DNA from: Opitutia bacterium
Lineage (GTDB): Bacteria > Verrucomicrobiota > Verrucomicrobiia > Opitutales > Opitutaceae
Reading direction: 5' to 3'
NCBI GenBank assembly: GCA_947478395.1
Contig: CANJVR010000002.1
Span: 1-64,000, forward strand
Length of the DNA: 64,000 bases
Position numbers and translations under genes: made by a program. This document shows, one piece after another, positions 59,783-64,000 of this stretch (the first letter of the stretch is position 1; each line of letters starts with the position of its first letter). The notes under the pieces were generated by a model. That model saw only the letters and a program-made list of their open reading frames with translations, did no database searches and was not told the origin of the DNA.

Positions 59783-61669
59783 TTATTCCACCGTGACCGA
59801 TTTTGCCAGATTGCGGGGCTTGTCCACGTCGCAACCGCGTTCGACCGCGATATAGTAACTGAGGAGTTGTACTGGCACCGCCGCGACGATCGGGAGCACG
59901 GCTTCATGGCAATCGGGCAGGGTGATCACGGCGTCGGCGAGGCCGGGAGGCAATTCACAGCCCTCGGTGATGATCGCGATCACCGGGCCCTTGCGGGCTT
60001 TGATCTCCTGCATGGAGGAAACGACCTTGTTGAAAATTTCGCCCTTCGGCGCGAAGAACACGCTCGGGCATTCCTCGCTGATCAGCGCGATTGGCCCGTG
60101 CTTCATTTCGGCCGCAGGATAGCCTTCGGCGTGGATATAGGAAATTTCCTTGAGCTTAAGCGCGCCTTCGAGTGCCAACGGGAAAAGCGAAAGCCGGCCG
60201 AGAAACAAGAAGTCGGCATGGCGCGCGAAGCGCTTGGCGATGGCCTTGATTTCCGGCGCCTGTTTCAAGACCTGGCGCACCAAATCCGGCGCGCCCTTGA
60301 GCGCGGATACATAGCTCACTCCGTCGCTGAAGCTCATGTCGCGCAGGCGCGCGATATAGAGCGCGACCATCGCGCCGATGAGCAGTTGCGAGGTGAAGGC
60401 CTTCGTGGAGGCGACGCCGATTTCCGGACCGACGTGCTGGTAAATGCCGCCGTTCGCTTCGCGGGCGATGGTTGAACCGACAACGTTGTTGATCGCCAGG
60501 ACCCGGTAACCTTTGCGCTGGGCTTCGCGCAGGGCGGCGAGCGTGTCGATGGTTTCCCCGGACTGGCTCATCACGAAAAACAGCGTGTTGCGGTCGAGCG
60601 GCGAGTTGCGGTAGCGGAACTCCGACGCGTAATCGACTTCCACGGGCAGGCGGGCGAAACGCTCGATCAAATGTTCCGTGACGAGGCAGGCGTGCCAAGC
60701 CGTGCCGCACGCACAAAACATAAAGCGGTCGATCTGCCGCAGCTCGCTCGCCGTCAGATTGAGTCCGCCGAAATTGGCGGTGCTACCGTCCTCCGAGAAG
60801 CGTCCGCGCATCGAATTTTCGAGTGCGATGGGCTGCTCAAAAATCTCCTTCTCCATGAAGTGCGCGTAATTGCCCTTTTCGGCATCGCTGATGGACCACG
60901 TGATCTTGTCGACCACCGGTGAAACGTCTTCCTGCTCCAAGGTCGTGATGGTGAAGCCGCCGCGGGCGAGATGGACGATTTCGCCGTCCTTCAGGTAAAC
61001 GACGCTCTGCGTCCGGCTGATGATGGCCGAAGCGTCTGAGGCGATGATGTGTTCGCCATCGCCCACGCCAAGCAGGAGGGGCGAGGCCTTGCGGGCCGCG
61101 ACGAGTTCGGTGGGGCAATCGACGCAGAGCACGGCAATCCCGTAGGTCCCCTCTACATGCTGCAGCGCCTTGCGCACGCTTTCTAGAAAACGGCTGCCGC
61201 TGCCGGTGCCATGGCCATTCGCATGCGGAGGATTGGAGGCGCCCGCCGGTTCCTTCGCGTAGTGATAGGCGATCAGGTTACAGAGGACTTCGGTGTCCGT
61301 TTCCGACTGAAAACCATAGCCCTTGCTCAGCAGGAACGTTTTGATTTGGGAGTAATTCTCGATGACCCCGTTGTGAATGAGGGCAAACTTACCGTCGCTA
61401 CTGATGTGCGGGTGGGCGTTGGCATCGGTCACGCCGCCGTGCGTGGCCCAGCGCGTATGCCCGATCCCCGTAGTGCCGGTGAAATGGTGCCGCGCGACTT
61501 CCTTCACTAAGACTTCGACCCGGCCGGATTTCTTCGCCAGTTCCAGTCGCCCGTCCTTGAGAACGCACACGCCCGCCGAATCGTAGCCGCGGTATTCGAG
61601 GCGTTTTAGCCCTTCGAGAATGATGGTTGCCGCCTTTTGTTTGCCGACGTAGCCGACGATTCCGCACAT
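59783..61669 (-). CDS. glmS: Glutamine--fructose-6-phosphate aminotransferase
   Basis: MCGIVG, GHTRWATHG, SQSGET.DT, GVASTKAFT, EGALKLKE, DKPRNLAKSVTVE. Confidence 0.98.
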   Translation of the reverse strand: MCGIVGYVGKQKAATIILEGLKRLEYRGYDSAGVCVLKDGRLELAKKSGRVEVLVKEVARHHFTGTTGIGHTRWATHGGVTDANAHPHISSDGKFALIHNGVIENYSQIKTFLLSKGYGFQSETDTEVLCNLIAYHYAKEPAGASNPPHANGHGTGSGSRFLESVRKALQHVEGTYGIAVLCVDCPTELVAARKASPLLLGVGDGEHIIASDASAIISRTQSVVYLKDGEIVHLARGGFTITTLEQEDVSPVVDKITWSISDAEKGNYAHFMEKEIFEQPIALENSMRGRFSEDGSTANFGGLNLTASELRQIDRFMFCACGTAWHACLVTEHLIERFARLPVEVDYASEFRYRNSPLDRNTLFFVMSQSGETIDTLAALREAQRKGYRVLAINNVVGSTIAREANGGIYQHVGPEIGVASTKAFTSQLLIGAMVALYIARLRDMSFSDGVSYVSALKGAPDLVRQVLKQAPEIKAIAKRFARHADFLFLGRLSLFPLALEGALKLKEISYIHAEGYPAAEMKHGPIALISEECPSVFFAPKGEIFNKVVSSMQEIKARKGPVIAIITEGCELPPGLADAVITLPDCHEAVLPIVAAVPVQLLSYYIAVERGCDVDKPRNLAKSVTVE

Positions 61670-61748
61670 AATTAGGTTTTTCAGGAAATTGGATTGCGAC
61701 GCTATTCTTGCGATGAATTGTTCGGCAAGAAACTACGAGCAAAGTCTT

Positions 61749-63041
61749 ATGATCGACCGACGCAACAAAACCCTTGCCGTTATCATGGGCGGCGGACGTG
61801 GCACACGCCTCTCGCCCCTCACGCTGGAACGCTGCAAACCTGCCGTCCCGCTTGCGGGCAAGTACCGCCTCGTCGATATCCCCATCAGCAACTGCATCAA
61901 TTCCGACATCAACCGGATCTTCCTGCTGACCCAGTTCCAGACGGCGTCGCTGCATCGGCACGTTCAGAACACGTATCACTTCGATCCATTTGGCGGCGGT
62001 TTTGTCGACATCATGTCGGCCGAGCAAACGGAGAAGAGTGTCGATTGGTATCAAGGCACGGCCGACGCCGTCCGGCGGAATCTGCTCCATTTCCGCTCGT
62101 TTCCCCATGATCTCGTTTTGATTCTTTCGGGCGATCAGCTCTACCGGATGGATTTTCGCGAGATCATCGCGCAGCACATCCAAACCGGCGCCGATGTCAC
62201 CATCGCCACGGTGCCGTTCCCCATTTCGAAGGTCGAGGGCCTCGGCCTGACCCAGGTGAATGACGATTTGTCGATCGCGCGCTTCGTGGAGAAACCCAAG
62301 GACCCGGCGGTCATCGCGAGTCTCGCGCTCAGTCCGGCGCTTGAGGCCAAACTCAAAACGCCTTCCTCGGAAAAGCGCTGCCTCGCCTCGATGGGTATCT
62401 ACGTTTTTAACCGGGCTGCGCTCGCCGAGGCATTGGACAACACGATGACGGATTTCGGCAAAGAGGTGATTCCGGGTTTGCTCGGTAAAAAGAAACTCTA
62501 CGCCCATATTTTCGAGGGGTATTGGGAGGATATCGGCACGGTGCGAGCGTTTTTCGAGGCCAACCTCGCGCTGGCCCAACCGCTCCCGCCGTTCAATTTT
62601 TTCGATGGCAGCGCGCCCATCTACACGCAGGACCGGTATCTGCCTGCTTCCAAACTGAACCACTGCCAGATCGACCACGCCGTGATCGGCGATGGTTCGA
62701 TTTTGGCTGATTCCAAAATCAAGCGCTGCGTTTTCGGCATTCGTTCATTCGTCGCGGAAAACTGTGTGCTGGAGGACACCATCGTCATGGGTTCCGACTA
62801 TTACGAGACGGTCGACCAGCTCGCGGCCAACACGAGCGTCGGCCGCCCGCACTTGGGCTTAGGCAAAGGCTGCTGGATCAAGGGTGCGATCATCGACAAA
62901 AACGCCCGTATTGGCGACGGCGTTCACTTGGACGCCACCGGCAAGGCTGATGGCAAATATGTGGACGGTGCGGTCGTCATCCGCGACGGCGTGCTCGTTG
63001 TGCCGAAAGGCGCCGTGATTCCTCCCGGCACGGTGGTTTGA
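61749..63041 (+). CDS. glgC: Glucose-1-phosphate adenylyltransferase
   Basis: GGGRGTRL.PLT..RCKPAVP, WYQGTADAVR, LSGDQLY, FVEKP, ASMGIY, DFGKE, YWEDIGT. Confidence 0.96.
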   Translation: MIDRRNKTLAVIMGGGRGTRLSPLTLERCKPAVPLAGKYRLVDIPISNCINSDINRIFLLTQFQTASLHRHVQNTYHFDPFGGGFVDIMSAEQTEKSVDWYQGTADAVRRNLLHFRSFPHDLVLILSGDQLYRMDFREIIAQHIQTGADVTIATVPFPISKVEGLGLTQVNDDLSIARFVEKPKDPAVIASLALSPALEAKLKTPSSEKRCLASMGIYVFNRAALAEALDNTMTDFGKEVIPGLLGKKKLYAHIFEGYWEDIGTVRAFFEANLALAQPLPPFNFFDGSAPIYTQDRYLPASKLNHCQIDHAVIGDGSILADSKIKRCVFGIRSFVAENCVLEDTIVMGSDYYETVDQLAANTSVGRPHLGLGKGCWIKGAIIDKNARIGDGVHLDATGKADGKYVDGAVVIRDGVLVVPKGAVIPPGTVV

Positions 63042-63047
63042 AAAACG

Positions 63048-63085
63048 CGACCTGGGGACGGCCGTTTATCCTTAACCCCAGGTCG
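63048..63085. terminator. Hairpin between convergent glgC and lgt
   Basis: CGACCTGGGG/CCCCAGGTCG perfect 10-bp stem. Confidence 0.55.
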
Positions 63086-63139
63086 GGACTCAGCTCACCG
63101 AGCGAACAGCGCTGAACCGGCGCGTTGAGGATAGTTCGC

Positions 63140-63985
63140 CTAACTTTTCCGGAGCGCCCGGCCTTCTGGTCGGCGCCGGCTCGCCGCGATAAACGTGATG
63201 CCGCCCGCGATGAGAAACACCGAATAGAAAGTACCTCGGCTCAGTCCGAGAATCAGGCTCACGCCCACGTCTGGCTCGCGAAATGTCTCCCCGATCATGC
63301 GCACCGCGGCGTAGATCAGCCAGAACTCGCCCGATAAATGGCCGGGTTTGGTTCGTGCTATGTCACTCCGCCAAAATCGCCCCTGCATGATCGCCAGCAG
63401 CAGCGCTCCCTCCAGCGCCGCCTCATAAAGCTGCGACGGATGACGCGGTGGAATCAGATCCACGGGCGTGCCGGGCGCCACGCTATTGGGGAAAATAACG
63501 GCCCACGAAACGGCGGTCACCTTGCCCCAGAGCTCGCCATTGATGAAATTCGCGACCCGCCCCAACAGCAGTCCGGCCGCCGCGGTCGACGCGATCAAAT
63601 CGCACAGGTGCAGAAACGGGATTTTTTGCGAACGCGAGAACCAAGCCAGCGCCACGCCGACGCCGACAAAGCCACCGTGGCTGGCCATCCCTCCGTCCCA
63701 AACCCTAAAAAACGAAAGCGGCTCGTGGATCAACGCGTCTGGCTGGTACAACAGGAAATAGCCAAGCCGTCCGCCAACGAGCACGCCGACGATCACCGCC
63801 ATGATCAAGTCGGAGACCTTTTCCGCCGGGAGCGCGGAGCGGCCGGCTCGGGCATAGCGGATCAGCAAAGCGCCTGCGGTCAGAAATCCCAGCATGTACG
63901 CGAGACCGTAGTAACGAATACCGATCGAATCGGTGAATCGCACGAGGAACGGACTGAGATTATTTACCCAATAGGCCAGGGGCAT
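63140..63985 (-). CDS. lgt: Prolipoprotein diacylglyceryl transferase
   Basis: YYGLAY, GGRLGY, GGMASHGG, GRVANFINGELWG, RHPSQLYE, E.FREPD. Confidence 0.96.
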   Translation of the reverse strand: MPLAYWVNNLSPFLVRFTDSIGIRYYGLAYMLGFLTAGALLIRYARAGRSALPAEKVSDLIMAVIVGVLVGGRLGYFLLYQPDALIHEPLSFFRVWDGGMASHGGFVGVGVALAWFSRSQKIPFLHLCDLIASTAAAGLLLGRVANFINGELWGKVTAVSWAVIFPNSVAPGTPVDLIPPRHPSQLYEAALEGALLLAIMQGRFWRSDIARTKPGHLSGEFWLIYAAVRMIGETFREPDVGVSLILGLSRGTFYSVFLIAGGITFIAASRRRPEGRALRKS

Positions 63986-64000
63986 AGGTTGAAATTCAGG

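Noticed and set aside
61670..61748. glmS ribozyme
   Set aside because: The divergent glmS-glgC spacer is only 79 nt and lacks the core motif.

Overview
High-GC bacterial window. The gene content and repeat style suggest Verrucomicrobiota (Opitutaceae-like); this is inference, not a search result. Most of it is housekeeping and carbohydrate metabolism: leuC/D/B, kup, ribD, rdgB, glf, metG, menF/D, xylB, moeB, a sigma-70, trpE, glmS, glgC, lgt, DinG, PP2C, a P1B ATPase, GH42, GH2, a PL22-like lyase and an esterase. The accessory part is a decayed island at about 4.85-13.3 kb on the 5' side of a tRNA(CAT). It is bracketed by two co-oriented IS3-family left ends and has a probable integrase N-terminal remnant. 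Its intact cargo is four exported proteins: a CCP/Nna1-like M14 carboxypeptidase, a poly(aspartate) hydrolase-1 (PahZ1)-like serine hydrolase, a TonB-dependent receptor and a gamma-glutamyltransferase. My best candidate for an undescribed system is that these form an uptake and depolymerisation locus for acidic isopeptide polymers (beta-Asp/gamma-Glu). Other candidates: a split 'MFS/spermidine synthase' whose SAM-binding half has its own signal peptide, a Cache-HAMP receptor with no output domain, a ~140-nt structured intergenic element after the sigma gene, several gene relics missed by the ORF track, and REP-like palindromes. Family calls come from motifs read by eye and no searches were run. 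Start codons were moved to the most plausible site where the ORF track over-extends.
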